From: Paraspadella gotoi
Taxonomy: Eukaryota > Animalia > Chaetognatha
DNA: 64,000 bases
NCBI GenBank assembly: GCA_051294375.1
Contig: CM119266.1
Coordinates: 14,906,999 to 14,970,998, forward strand
Direction of reading: 5' to 3'
This document shows, in pieces, positions 51,721 to 64,000 of this stretch. The position numbers and the translations under genes are program-made. The first letter of the stretch is position 1; each line of letters opens with the position of its first letter. The notes under the pieces are model-generated. The model ran no database searches. It saw only the letters and a list, made by a program, of their open reading frames with translations, and was not told the origin of the DNA.

Positions 51721-54700
51721 GATTACTAGATAACAGTAGTATGTTGACAGACGTTTCTATCATTGTTGTAAATTGTAAATTGGTCGACAATCATTACATT
51801 AGATAGGAATAAGCTAAAACTTCCGCTCTGTTCTGGACTCATTTGTTCTTGATATATTGTTAATTGAACCACAACATTTATGTAAATACACTTTCATCAT
51901 AATCCATAAATGAATACAATGAATTCAACGCTCATCTGCCCAGTCCCAACACGATTCGCGATAGAAACAGTTATCAGCAATCTCCAGTTCCCCGTCCTAT
52001 CCTCACTCAATTTTCCTCACCCCTGCCTACAATCTCTTCCCACTCACGCTCCTCGTCGTGTGTCGTCTTGGGTTGTGACTTTCTTTCTAGTCCTTTTGTC
52101 TTTTCATATCTTGGACTCAAGTGAATCGGGGATTCGATTTCGCTTCTTTTCGCGTCGTCGTATATCGGTGTCGTCGTCATCGCTTCGGTCGGTCGTCGTC
52201 ACGATTCTATCTCCGGTGGCGATCCGGAGGGTACATAATCCTTCTTCGCCTCATCTTAATAATTAACAATCTTCACTCCTGGAACACTCGATAAGGATAT
52301 TAAAACAATTTGTTATTAAACATACTAAATTTATAAGAATACGGAGAAAATTGGTTTATAGTTTAAATAAAATACGAGATAATTAACCTCCGACAAGCCA
52401 TATGGTGCTGATTAAAATTGCAATGTTCCATGTGTCGTATCAACTCACGTTATAATTTCGACACGCCCGTTACTATCCACCTCTTACAGTCCACCCCTCC
52501 TCTTCCTATTCCATCTCTGCTCACATACGGTAGGAGAAGACAATAAATATTCTTTATTCACAGGCAGACTCGCATATCGACGATTGATGTATCCCGAGTG
52601 ATTCATATTTTTTATGCTCTCTCTCTCTCTCTCTCGATCTCTCTCTTCATTTGCTGTTCTCTCTCTCTCTCCTCTCCTCTCCTCCCTCCTTTCCTCTCTC
52701 TTCTTTTTCCTTTAATATGCCTCACTTCCCAGATTTCACTTAGATTCCATCTCTCATACTTCTTCATAATGGAAATCTTTCTTGTTTCCTCCCAACAAAA
52801 TTATTACTATCGGAAGAAAAAACAATTTTTTTTCTCCTGATTTCGTTTCCAACGGAAAGAGTCGAAGATACCTCGACGCAAACGAGAGATAAAAGAAAGA
52901 AGTAAAGATCGGCCCCCGCCGACGTGATGTGCCCCCTTCCTCCCCTTCTCCCCCAAACTGCTCGCGTCTGTTAACGAAGATTGCGCGGCCCGAAATGAAT
53001 TTTACTTCGCCCATGATATTTCGTCGCTAAAATCTTGTTTTTTTCTCGTTGCTCTTTTACCCGAGCTTTTTTGTCTTTCGGTTTGGCAGTTTCACTAAAT
53101 CGCTTCGCTTTAAGTTGTAGTATAATAAAAAAAAAAAAAAAACGCCGCGAATTCGGGAGCCGTGAGAGTCATCGAGCATGGCGAAACGCTTGGTCTCCTT
53201 TGTTATCTGCGTTCTCGCTATAGTGTCTCGAAGGGCTTTGAACTTTAGTAGGAGAGAAGAGGAGGAGAAGGTAGAGAAAAGAGAGAGGAGAGAGAGAGAG
53301 AGCGAGAGAGAGAGAAGAGAGAGTCAACAAATGTGTCGATTTTGGAGAACAAGAAGTGACTGGTGGGCCAGCGGGAGGGGAAGACGGTGATGAATTAAAA
53401 GGGAGAGAGACAGGAAAGAAAAACTAATAAGAGATAAAGCACAATTGTGTCTTGTTGTCTTAGCCAAAAATATTTCCTCAGTGCTGCAAATAAATGTCGG
53501 CAGGTCAATAATATGTGTGCAGTAATGACAAAACGAATTAATATTATGTCGTTATACGAGGTGAGATTAATAAATGTTATCGGCATCTTATTCATACTGT
53601 TTATACCGCTGAATGATATACCTGTCACGTTGGCAAATCATTAAAAAAAAATATTAATTTCAATCTTATCGCAATTTTGTGAATTGAGTGAAAGTTATTC
53701 TGTTATCGCAAAATAATTCCATTTATAACCCTGATCCTCCTAACTTACACCGTTTTAATTTCAACGAATGTCCTTTTTTCATGCTGCAAAGCGCGCCTTG
53801 AATGTTGATGTCTCTGTTAGGTACAAGCCAGTATTATAAATTAAAATGAACAAATTCTTTTAAAAATGCTATTGTAGAACAAGAACTAGAAGAACAGTGT
53901 ATATTAAAACGTTGAGAGAGTTAGTACAAAAGCAAATATAAACTTAATAGTATTAAGAAAAAGAAAAAGANNNNNNNNNNNNNNNNNNNNNNNNNAAAAA
54001 AAACAGAAACAATGAAAGCGCACAACCACAAAAACAAACCAACGCGAGCAGACGTAAACACTAAACACACACAAGAATCCTCATTCACACACAGAAAAAA
54101 CCCCAATCGCGACGAGGAAAGAAAAAAAGTAGAGCAAATGCAGAGAAGCGCAGGTTTTTGCGTCGATAAATCGTGAAACTCAATTTCAACTCCCGAAAAA
54201 AAAAAGAAAAGAGCAAATTAATGATGATGAGTCACGAAAAAAAGGAAAGAATCGATGAGGAAGTTTTAAGGTTGAGGACGAGAGAGGGCGCGCGAATTTG
54301 ACGATCGAAAACAAGGCTGAATACATTAAAAGTCGCGCTACACGATCCTAGTTGTACACGAGCCGAATCAAAATTCGGGATTATTCGAATGACCTTTTAC
54401 GGCGACTGGTTGGCGACCTTGCTTTAGCGACGCTTTTTTGTTTCTGCTCTCTTCTCTTCTGCTTCTCTCTCTCTCTCCTCTCTCTCGTCTGCATCTCGCT
54501 CTCANNNNNNNNNNNNNNNNNNNNNNNNNNNNNNNNNNNNNNNNNNNNNNNNNNNNNNNNNNNNNNNNNNNNNNNNNNNNNNNNNNNNNNNNNNNNNNNN
54601 NNNNTATCCCTCGGTCGCCTTTTCTCTACGCGCCCTCTACCTGAGCTCTACGCGCCTTTCTTCCCCTTTCTCCACCGGCTTCACGCGCCGGCGCCTTCCG

Positions 54701-54738
54701 AGCCGCGCTTTTTGGCTCGAGCGCGGAGAAGAAGATAG

Positions 54739-54842
54739 AGGGGGGGCGGTGCTCGTCACGTGATCGACGGCGCTTAAGTGACGCGGGCAGGTGGCGCCAC
54801 GGGCGGCGGAATAGGGTTAGTGTAACGCGGCCACGCCCACGG
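54739..54842. promoter_or_regulatory. GC-rich promoter-like cluster (GC box, E-box, CRE half-site, Sp/KLF site)
   Basis: GGGGGCGG, GTCACGTGAT, GTGACG and GGCCACGCCC within ~100 bp. Confidence 0.3.
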
Positions 54843-55303
54843 TCTGAAGAGAGGGGTAGGAAAGGGGGGGGCGGAGAGTCAACAGGGAGAGAGCGCAAAA
54901 AAAAAAAGTGAAAAGAATAACAATTTTTAACCTAAATTTAAAAAAACCTAAAGGTAAATTCAAACAGGAAATTTCACCTTTTTCTCATTTATTATTGTTC
55001 GGCTAAAAATTTAACCGAATAAAATCAATTCGGGAAAAGAAACAAAGATGCAAATTTGAAAAGATTCCCGACTTAACTAATTCAGCCTTCTGACAAAACC
55101 ACTGACAAAAAATGATTTCTCGAACCATGGAAGGGATTTAGAGCAGAGAATTATAAAGAGAGAGAGAGAGAGAGAGAGTGGAAAAAAAATTGCCTCGTTA
55201 CTAAAAATGCATGAATCCGCTGTGAGAGGGTAAAGGATTAAGACGATAATTTATTACAAGGTGGGCGAGTAAGAGGAGATGGAAAAAGAGAGAAACTATA
55301 GGA

Positions 55304-55391
<88 letters not shown>

Positions 55392-58355
55392 ACGGGGGTT
55401 AAAGATGGCGTCGACGACGAACAACCTTGACACGTGAAATAGGGTGACGCGGGAAAGAGAGGGGAAATGAGGGGAAGGGAAGAGGCGTGGAAGAGATGGA
55501 AATGTGATGAGGGTAAGGGAAGGAGTGAAGTTTTATCAAGGGTAAGGAAATTAAAGTCTATTCGGAATGGGAAGGTAAGAAAACGAAGGGTGCGCTGGTA
55601 TTTTTTTTCTTTAACAGGAGTGAGAGGTGATTTCAGCTGATGTTTTCAGTGTTTCGAGATATTATTAACTCGAGATGTTAACTCAACGAGTTACAAAGGA
55701 TATGTGGGCTTTAAGAATATTTTAAACCTCGAAATTGTTCCTCTACTTCTAGCCATTAGTTTCATTACGGCTGCCTGTCGTTACGAGAAGATTTTGAATT
55801 CCCGATATTCCGTTTACGACGCTAAAAATGAATCACAGTTACTATAAACGTCTATTAATCGATTTAAAAAATTTCGAAATTTATACTAAGACTACTAAAG
55901 CAAGCGGGCAAGTTAAGCGGTCCACGCTGTAAAAAAAAATGGCGAAAATTGGAGTGTCTCGCGTCGGCAGCGACGGAAGCGAGAGTGTTAACAATTTTCG
56001 AAGGACGTGGGGTGGTCTGGGGCTGGAGGGCAGGCGTCGAAAGGTGAGCGAGCGAAGAGCAGGCGGTGTCAACGCTCGCCCATGGTGCCTTTCGTTATCC
56101 ATGGTGCGAGAGGCGGCCTTGTCGATTCGCGACGCGCGCCGGCCTCGTGTCACGTAGAGATTCCGTTTATGGGTTAATTTCAGGTAGACTTTTTTCGCCT
56201 TTNNNNNNNNNNNNNNNNNNNNNNNNNNNNNNNNNNNNNNNNNNNNNNNNNNNNNNNNNNNNNNNNNNNNNNNNNNNNNNNNNNNNNNNNNNNNNNNNNN
56301 NNNNNNNNNNNNNNNNNNNNNNNNNNNNNNNNNNNNNNNNNNNNNNNNNNNNNNNNNNNNNNNNNNNNNNNNNNNNNNNNNNNNNNNNNNNNNNNNNNNN
56401 NNNNNNNNNNNNNNNNNNNNNNNNNNNNNNNNNNNNNNNNNNNNNNNNNNNNNNNNNNNNNNNNAAAAAAATAGGCTTATATGTTATAAAAATTTAACAA
56501 TAGTGGAAGAAGACATTAAGAAAGTTTAAACGTTTAATGCACGTAGTATGTAGGTTCTAATATTTAATTGTTAAAACTTCTATGCTTTTGTAATAAAATA
56601 TAAAAAAAAAANNNNNNNNNNNNNNNNNNNNNNNNNNNNNNNNNNNNNNNNNNNNNNNNNNNNNNNNNNNNNNNNNNNNNNNNNNNNNNNNNNNNNNNNN
56701 NNNNNNNNNNNNNNNNNNNNNNNNNNNNNNNNNNNNNNNNNNNNNNNNNNNNNNNNNNNNNNNNNNNNNNNNNAAATCCCCTTTGAAAAAATTTTTTATA
56801 ATGAACCTAACGATCATTTTTCTTTTTCGCGCGCTCTCGAGTTTCAAGCGAAATACTGAAAAAGGCTTAAAAAATAAACAATATTATGCTTAATAACGTC
56901 GAAAGAGACGACATCGACGCAGACGACGACGACGAAGAAGAAGACAACGTCCATGAGGAAGACGAAGCAGACGACAACGACGACCCCGACGACCCCGACG
57001 ACGACGAAAGCGACGACAGCGACGTCGTCGCGTTATCAGGAGACCTTAAATGATATTTTCTTATCAAGTTTCGGTGAAAGGACGAAACCCATTGAGACGC
57101 TCTTCGCCTCATANNNNNNNNNNNNNNNNNNNNNNNNNNNNNNNNNNNNNNNNNNNNNNNNNNNNNNNNNNNNNNNNNNNNNNNNNNNNNNNNNNNNNNN
57201 NNNNNNNNNNNNNNNNNNNNNNNNNNNNNNNNNNNNNNNNNNNNNNNNNNNNNNNNNNNNNNNNNNNNNNNNNNNNNNNNNNNNNNNNNNNNNNNNNNNN
57301 NNNNNNNNNNNNNNNNNNNNNNNNNNNNNNNNNNNNNNNNNNNNNNNNNNNNNNNNNNNNNNNNNNNNNNNNNNNNNNNNNNNNNNNNNNNNNNNNNNNN
57401 NNNNNNNNNNNNNNNNNNNNNNNNNNNNNNNNNNNNNNNNNNNNNNNNNNNNNNNNNNNNNNNNNNNNNNNNNNNNNNNNNNNNNNNNNNNNNNNNNNNN
57501 NNNNNNNNNNNNNNNNNNNNNNNNNNNNNNNNNNNNNNNNNNNNNNNNNNNNNNNNNNNNNNNNNNNNNNNNNNNNNNNNNNNNNNNNNNNNNNNNNNNN
57601 NNNNNNNAAAGATAGGGGGAAAATAGAAAAAAAAACTTTATGAGAACAAGAATAAAAGGAAGAGGGAAGCCACCCAATCAGATACGAAAATAATATCATC
57701 GATGCATTTCATTTCCAATCGACAAAGAAAGAAAAAAAAACAACTCAGATTACCGAAGCAACTAATATTCATTTTATATATAAAGCGAATGAGAACAAGA
57801 CCGAAGGAAAAAAAAACCCTACAGAGCCTTATCTTCGTTTATCATCGAAATGACTTTATCTCGTTCCGCTCTCTCTTTCTTTTTTTTTTTTTTCCTTTAA
57901 GAATAAATTGCTGGCTGGGGGTCCTTGAGAGCACGGTCGATCGTCGGCGTCGGCGTCGTCGTCGTCGTCGTCCCCGGCGTCTCGACTTTGTCGATGTCTT
58001 CGTCGACGACTACTGGCTAATCAGCGTCGAGACAAAGATTTATTGGCCAATCAGAGCTCTTCTTTTTTTTTGGCGGCCGGGAAAGGCGGAAGGATTTGGG
58101 GCGTCTGCTAATTGCATCGCATATTCATCTTGCCCGAAGACTAATTTCGTTGGAACACTTGAAAGAGAGAAGAAAGGAGAATGAAGGAAAGAAGAAGGGA
58201 AGAAGAAAACAAGAAGGAAAGAAGATGGGGAGGTAAGTTGCCAAAGGAGGAATGGTCGCCCCCGGGCTGGACAAATTAAGAAAAACCGATTGAGAATGTT
58301 GAGGAGGGACGTTGCCCCTCCTTGCTAAGATATGGGACAGATTAATTTGGCGGGA

Positions 58356-58398
<43 letters not shown>

Positions 58399-58774
58399 GA
58401 GAGAGAGAAAACCCCCAGAGACACCATTTTTAGAAAAAAATAAACCGAGAAAGAAAAAAAAGGGTTTACTGGATAAAGGAGAAGAAGCTATCGATCTCGC
58501 AATTTACTTTAATTTACCTTTACGTACTTTCCTTGAACGGCAAAGTTTTTAATTCTTCTTAATATAAAAATTATTATTTTTCTCCAATGAAAAAAGTTAA
58601 ATTAAGCCGAAAAAACCTTTCGCTTTCTACCATAACTTAAAAAAAAAGTGACATGTCTTATGAAACTTATCTACTGTCACGGAGAAAAAATCTGTTAAGA
58701 GAGACAATCTTTCTGCTTGGAGGTGAGAGGACTTGAGCGAGATTGGCATTTTCATTATCAATTCTTAACTAACT

Positions 58775-58900
<126 letters not shown>

Positions 58901-59704
58901 ACTTCATCTCCGTCTCTCAACCATCCCCAAAATCTACCAACTATGGAAATTGGTTTCGCTAGAAATCTTGGATACCCTGCGAGTGAGAGCGTGAAAATAG
59001 CAAGTGTCTTGAAAGAGTAGTTTAAGTTCGATGCATTTCTTTCGAGGACTGATTTTCATATACTGACTGGATACAGTAAAAGTTTTTGTCGAAATAAATT
59101 ACTTTTGTCCAGAATTTGAAATATGCAAGTCTTATCGGAAAAGACCAATTTAATTGGAATATTATGCGAAAAAATAAAAATATTTAAAGTTCAAATATTG
59201 AAAAAAATATTGTAACATCGAAATACTAGGAAATTTAATCAAGGAATGTTCTTTGAATCTCAGAATATCAAATGATTGCAATAATAATAATAATAAATAT
59301 AAAAAAAATAATCCAACCTGCCTTTTAATATCCGAATTTCTTATGAAACATGCAATCGATCAGCAGATATACATTAATTTTACAGTCATGTTCGTAAGCG
59401 AATTCAGTTGTTTTCAATTTTTGACAAGGATTTCGTTCCCTTGATATTTTTTTCAGTTCTGTCATTTATATCGCAAGTCCGGGAAGCGAAAGTAACGAGG
59501 GGGGAGGGGGGGGGGTTGACGCAAAATTTGAGAAATTTGAATCGGAGAAGTAAAACCATGAATGCATTTGAATGAAATTTCAAATAAAAAAGCCTCTAAA
59601 AAGAAACATTTAATTTATGACATCCGCTTTAAAATATTCACTTTTCAAATATCGACCCAGACAGGCGCTTTTTTGTAGGATCGCTTCTGGAGAAATACAT
59701 CATT

Positions 59705-59860
59705 ATTAGACACTCTCTTTTCCTTCCTAACTTCCTATCTTCGTTCATATTACAAACTCTCTTTTCCTTCTTATCTTCGTACATATTACACACTCTCTTT
59801 TCCTTCCTATCTTCCTATCTTCGTACATATTACACACTCCCTTTTCCTTCCTGTCTTCCC
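59705..59860. repeat. Minisatellite, ~4 units of 36-44 bp
   Basis: Unit ATTACACACTCTCTTTTCCTTCCTATCTTCCTATCTTCGTACAT repeated with internal deletions. Confidence 0.8.
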
Positions 59861-59906
59861 TTCGTCATTTCAGTCGAGGAATTTTCCGCCAGAACGAATT
59901 AAACTC

Positions 59907-59967
59907 CAAGATGGCGGATTCAAAATGGCGGCCGGATCACGTGAGCTTCGAGAGAGCGTCACGTGGT
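59907..59967. promoter_or_regulatory. Promoter-like motif cluster: two YY1/Pho-like sites and two E-boxes
   Basis: CAAGATGGCGG, AAAATGGCGGC, ATCACGTGAG and GTCACGTGG occur within ~60 bp. No downstream gene was identified. Confidence 0.35.
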
Positions 59968-60196
59968 AGCGTTTATGGTCGAGTTATTCTGAGTGATGTC
60001 AAAACCTTCCTTTGAGCAGGTGGACCCTTGACCCGGGATTCGTTATCCGCCGTCCTCACTCCGGTGAAAACGGAGAAAAGGAGGGACGGACGTTCGTTCC
60101 TTTATATGAAATTGGTACAACCAATATAAAAATTATCCATTCATTTAATAAATAAGCTATCTTGCCCCTGACTTTGGACAGGCTTTGGTGGTTTAA

Positions 60197-61186
60197 GGCC
60201 TCCATCACTCTTACAAGATAATGACATAGCAGGTCCCTACAAGCTTTCAATCAAGACTCTCTCACAGTCCCGATTATTCACTCCCAGAGTACCTGGCTTC
60301 CCTATCAATGAAGTGGTATAATATTTCAAAGAATGTTTCAATTGTATGAAAAGACTGGAGGGGAGTTTTTAATTTGATAACGATGAGACGTTTACGGGCT
60401 GCCTACGATGTTTGGCGAAATAGCAGATAATTAGGTGTCGATTTAAAAGTAATCAATAGCAGTTTCTACTGCTGTAACTAGATAAATATGTTACTGAAAG
60501 ATTCTACCTATCCTCTAACCGAAAAAAAAAATATAAGAAATCGATTACAAGTAAGAAAAATTTATAAATTTTGCTTGTCATCCACCGTAATTCTTACCTG
60601 AGAATTTTCCCGGAGTGACTCCCTTTCTTCATAATTCCGAGTTATGACGGCGTTGCATTTTCTTCCCCGGCGGTTCGTTGAAGAAATATCGAGAGCTCAT
60701 ATCTCCTTCCGCCTCGTCAGCAAAGCAGCGTTCGCCACGGCGGCAGCGTCGGCAGCGGAGGGCGCTGCGGCTGTGGCGGCGGCAGCGGCAAGGGAATTCA
60801 TTCCTCATTTCAAAACAAATGATCACTTTGAAGGGAAAATCGCCGTTTCTCTCGGATCCTTCGCGTCCAAGATGGCGGATATGAGATACGAGGCTGCAGC
60901 TTCATTTTTATTATTATTCCAGTGACTGAGAGAAGTTTTTTAGAAAGTTCTCGAGAATTTTTCTTGCGCGTTTTTTTTATTCAAACTATACTCCCGGGTT
61001 ATATTGATTTAATATTCTTAATTCCGAAGCCAGAAATAAGGATCAATTGTTAATGTAACTTTAATACATTTAAAATATATTTGAAATATTATACTCTGGG
61101 AGTTAATAAACAAGACTGTGAGAGAGTCTTGATTGAAAGCTTGTAGGGATCTACTATGGTTTTATCTTATAAGAGTGATGGAGGCC
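60197..61186. mobile_element. Putative non-autonomous TIR element (MITE-like), ~990 bp, with ~95-bp imperfect terminal inverted repeats
   Basis: The left arm 60197-60291 (GGCCTCCATCACTCTTACAAGATAA...CCCTACAAGCTTTCAATCAAGACTCTCTCACAGTC...ACTCCCAGAGTA) is the reverse complement of the right arm 61092-61186. No transposase ORF; only AA is shared as a possible target-site duplication. Confidence 0.6.
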
Positions 61187-61411
61187 AATATATTAAGCAA
61201 TTTTTAATGTAATTTAAAGTAATTCAGGCTTTTTAAAAAACGCTTTTTAAAAAACTTAGAAAACATTGCATTTGGCCCGTTTGGTCCGAGGAGCGATATA
61301 TCTAGTTGACTTAAGCTGCTTGCTACTTTGACTCGAGGTTAATAATACAAAGGAATGGAAGGAACTTGCCACGTTTTGTTCTCACTCCCCGCCCATTTCT
61401 AATAAAAGAAA

Positions 61412-61533
<122 letters not shown>

Positions 61534-62067
61534 CGAAGCGCCGTCTTTGATTCGAGGGCGAGAGAAAAAACTAAAAAAGGGATATCGGGAGAAAAAAGGA
61601 ATCGTAATAAAAACGTAGATTTTTGGTGTTCGTTTGTTTCCGTTTGGCGTCCGGGACGCGTCGGCGGAGCCTACGGCGTCTTTGGAGACGGTTGCGGCGC
61701 CGCGGCGTTGGCGATGGCGGCGGCGGAAACGGCTGCGGCAGCGACAGAAAAGTTGTTTAGTTTTTCCAGTTTGTCACCTTTTTGGCATTTTTAAAGAAAA
61801 TTGTCTTACGATTATTTCAAAAAGCATTTGTTTCGAAGAATATTTTATTTTATTCGAAACTTGCATCAGAGTATCTGTTAGAAGGAAGATGAACAATTGT
61901 ACATTCTATCCTCTATTCCTGATTAATACTTTATCTTGACCTAAAAAATGAAATAAAAAATCCTCCTCAAATGACGAAAGCGTCCCAGAAAACAAAGAGT
62001 CTAATTAGTTATCCTCGCCAAAAGAAATTATTTTTCCCCAACTCTCTTTTTCCACATCGGAGCAATA

Positions 62068-62136
<69 letters not shown>

Positions 62137-62802
62137 GCGAGAGGACCACGCCCGAAGACAGTGCATAGTTAAGGGAAATGGACTGTTAGCCCAATGACCA
62201 AACATAAAATAAACAGTGAGTTGCACGGAACGGAGGGGGCTCATAAACTTCTTCGTTCTCACAACACAATAACTGGAAGAGGAGTGAGCGAGCGAGTGAG
62301 CGACGACGACGACGACGACGACGACGAGGCGTGAGAACGATAACGCCATCTATAATAAAGTAGAGAAATGAAACGAGGCCATTGTTGGAATGGACCATGA
62401 ACTTCATTGCTCTTTTTAAAAGTGAGCGCCGAATCTTTCTTCTGGGCGAAGTAAGCACCGGGGAAAATCTCGATGAGAAAAATGACGCGGTTCCGAGAAA
62501 ATAAGGAGACGCAACTTTTGATCGAAGGATCGGGAAATTTTTGGGGTGAGGAAAAGTTTCAATTGGTCACCATATCCCTCTTTCCTTTCAAGTGAACGTA
62601 AACTACGTTAAAACGAATATCACAGAAGCGTTAGTACTGATAGGGGTAGCCACACTCAATGGGGTGAGTCAAAAATTTAGAGTGAGTAGATGCTCAAACG
62701 AATATTTAGACATTTTTAAGAATACTTTCAATGGACAAAAAATTTATAATATGGCTCTATACCCTAGTAATTAATTTTTTAATATTTATTTATAGATAGG
62801 AA

Positions 62803-63107
62803 AGGCCAAAAATTTATTTTTAGATTTTTTAAATTTTAAAGCCATATTCAGATAGCTCATAAAAAGTTGTCTACACAAAGTATGATTCTTTTTTAAATAT
62901 TTTTACGATAAGTAAGTCAAAAATAAGAAAAACCGTAAAAAATCATCATCAACATCATCTTTCGATGATTTTATCAGTTTTTTTATACTTTCACTAAGAA
63001 AACGTAAGAATTTTTAAAAGCTGTAATTATATTTCTTGTTTAACTTTTTATGCTCTATCAGAATCCATTAAAAAGTTTTATGATTTAAAAAAAATATTTT
63101 TTGCTCT
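62803..63107. mobile_element. Degenerate palindromic (foldback/MITE-like) AT-rich element centred near 62955
   Basis: Nested inverted pairs: ATTCAGATAGCTCATAAAAAGTT (62846-62868) with AACTTTTTATGCTCTATCAGAAT (63042-63064), TTTTAAATATTTTTACG with CGTAAGAATTTTTAAAA, and AAAATCATC with GATGATTTT. Confidence 0.55.
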
Positions 63108-63856
63108 ATATAGTAATATAATATTTTTAATTAGGCTAGTACCCTCGAAAGAAAGCATTTTTGACAAAAAATATTTTAATACCATAATTTATGGTCATGA
63201 TAGATTATTTTAACGCTGTATACATTAGCATTTAAATTTCATCGGCTATGGCTAGTACTGAGGCGACTTATTTTCGTCTTCTACAGTACGATAATTTTTT
63301 TCATCTTTAACGTAATAAAAAACCTAGTATTGGTAGTGTAAAAATAACCAGGAAACACAACATTAAAAGTTAAAACTTGAAGCTTAATTAATCAAACCAA
63401 CAATATTAACAAACCCACACACTCTTTTTCAATCTTTCTCTTTTATTGTCCTCATTATTCTCTTCCAGATAAACTCAAATAATAAAAAAAAAAAACTTTA
63501 TATAATTTTTTTCACTTGTCGACCCAGAAGGCCTGATTCGAGTATAAATCGCGTAATTATGCTGATTTGGAAGTCATAAACACAAGATGACGATTCCGGG
63601 TCCACCATATTTGGCAGCGGTTATGGTTTCCCAAAGTCGTTATTTCTTTTTTTTTTTGGGGGGGGGGGAGATTAATCGTCGGAGCGCGTTGGGTGCGAGA
63701 TGAGGAGCACCCGCATGCGAGGCAAGGGCGCGTTGTGTCGGGAATGGATTTTTTTATGTCAGACTCACTGTTTTGGAAGATGTCGGGCATTGGATTATTT
63801 TGTCGGTCGTGGGCAAGTGTTTGTAATTTGGCAATGCTACGTAGGCTCTTATTTTA

Positions 63857-64000
63857 TCATTCTGAAAAAGAATTACTTGAACACTTTACGTTAGGAGAAA
63901 TTGCTCTGAGAATGTTGAGTCCGGGGAACGATAGAGAATCACAGCCGCAGTTGTTGTCAAATATCCACTCGATGTAACTTCCCCCGTCCATATCCTCGCC
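63857..64000 (-). CDS. Possible 3' end of a gene entering from beyond the window
   Basis: Open frame from the window edge, GEDMDGGSYIEWIFDNNCGCDSLSFPGLNILRAISPNVKCSSNSFSE*, with protein-like complexity and TGA at 63859-63857. No family recognised. Confidence 0.3.
   Translation of the reverse strand, partial: GEDMDGGSYIEWIFDNNCGCDSLSFPGLNILRAISPNVKCSSNSFSE

Noticed and set aside
56886-57053. 55-aa acidic ORF (MLNNVERDDIDADDDDEEED...)
   Set aside because: Consistent with a decayed (GAC)n microsatellite, a repeat type common in this window; no independent coding evidence.

Overview
Eukaryotic draft-assembly window with many N gaps and dense (AG)n/(CT)n, (GTC)n and (CAT)n microsatellites; the organism cannot be determined from the sequence. 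Most of the supplied ORFs are microsatellite, satellite or gap artefacts. Two genes are well supported, both on the minus strand. One is an intronless, membrane-anchored ABHD12/13/17-like alpha/beta hydrolase (5888-7201). The other is a 5-exon gene reconstructed by hand (12672-11119, first intron GC-AG) encoding a DUF4476-like domain, a Pro-rich linker, a Gly/His-rich tail and a CaaX end. A second, error-laden copy of this gene lies at about 26183-27903. The most striking structure is a pair of ~143-bp tandem-repeat arrays (about 18506-22150 and 37486-42272). They share a fixed right terminus (ATCCTGCCAAWGAGCAGWAACC), start in different register on the left, and each sits between multi-kilobase direct duplications of host DNA (about 5.9 kb, including the whole DUF4476-like gene, and about 3.2 kb). 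A third ~2-kb duplication surrounds a different short repeat-derived insert. This looks like a non-coding, satellite-bearing mobile element associated with giant target duplications, but long-read gap-filling artefacts or uncollapsed haplotypes must be excluded. Two MITE/foldback-like elements and some promoter-like motif clusters lie in the last 10 kb.
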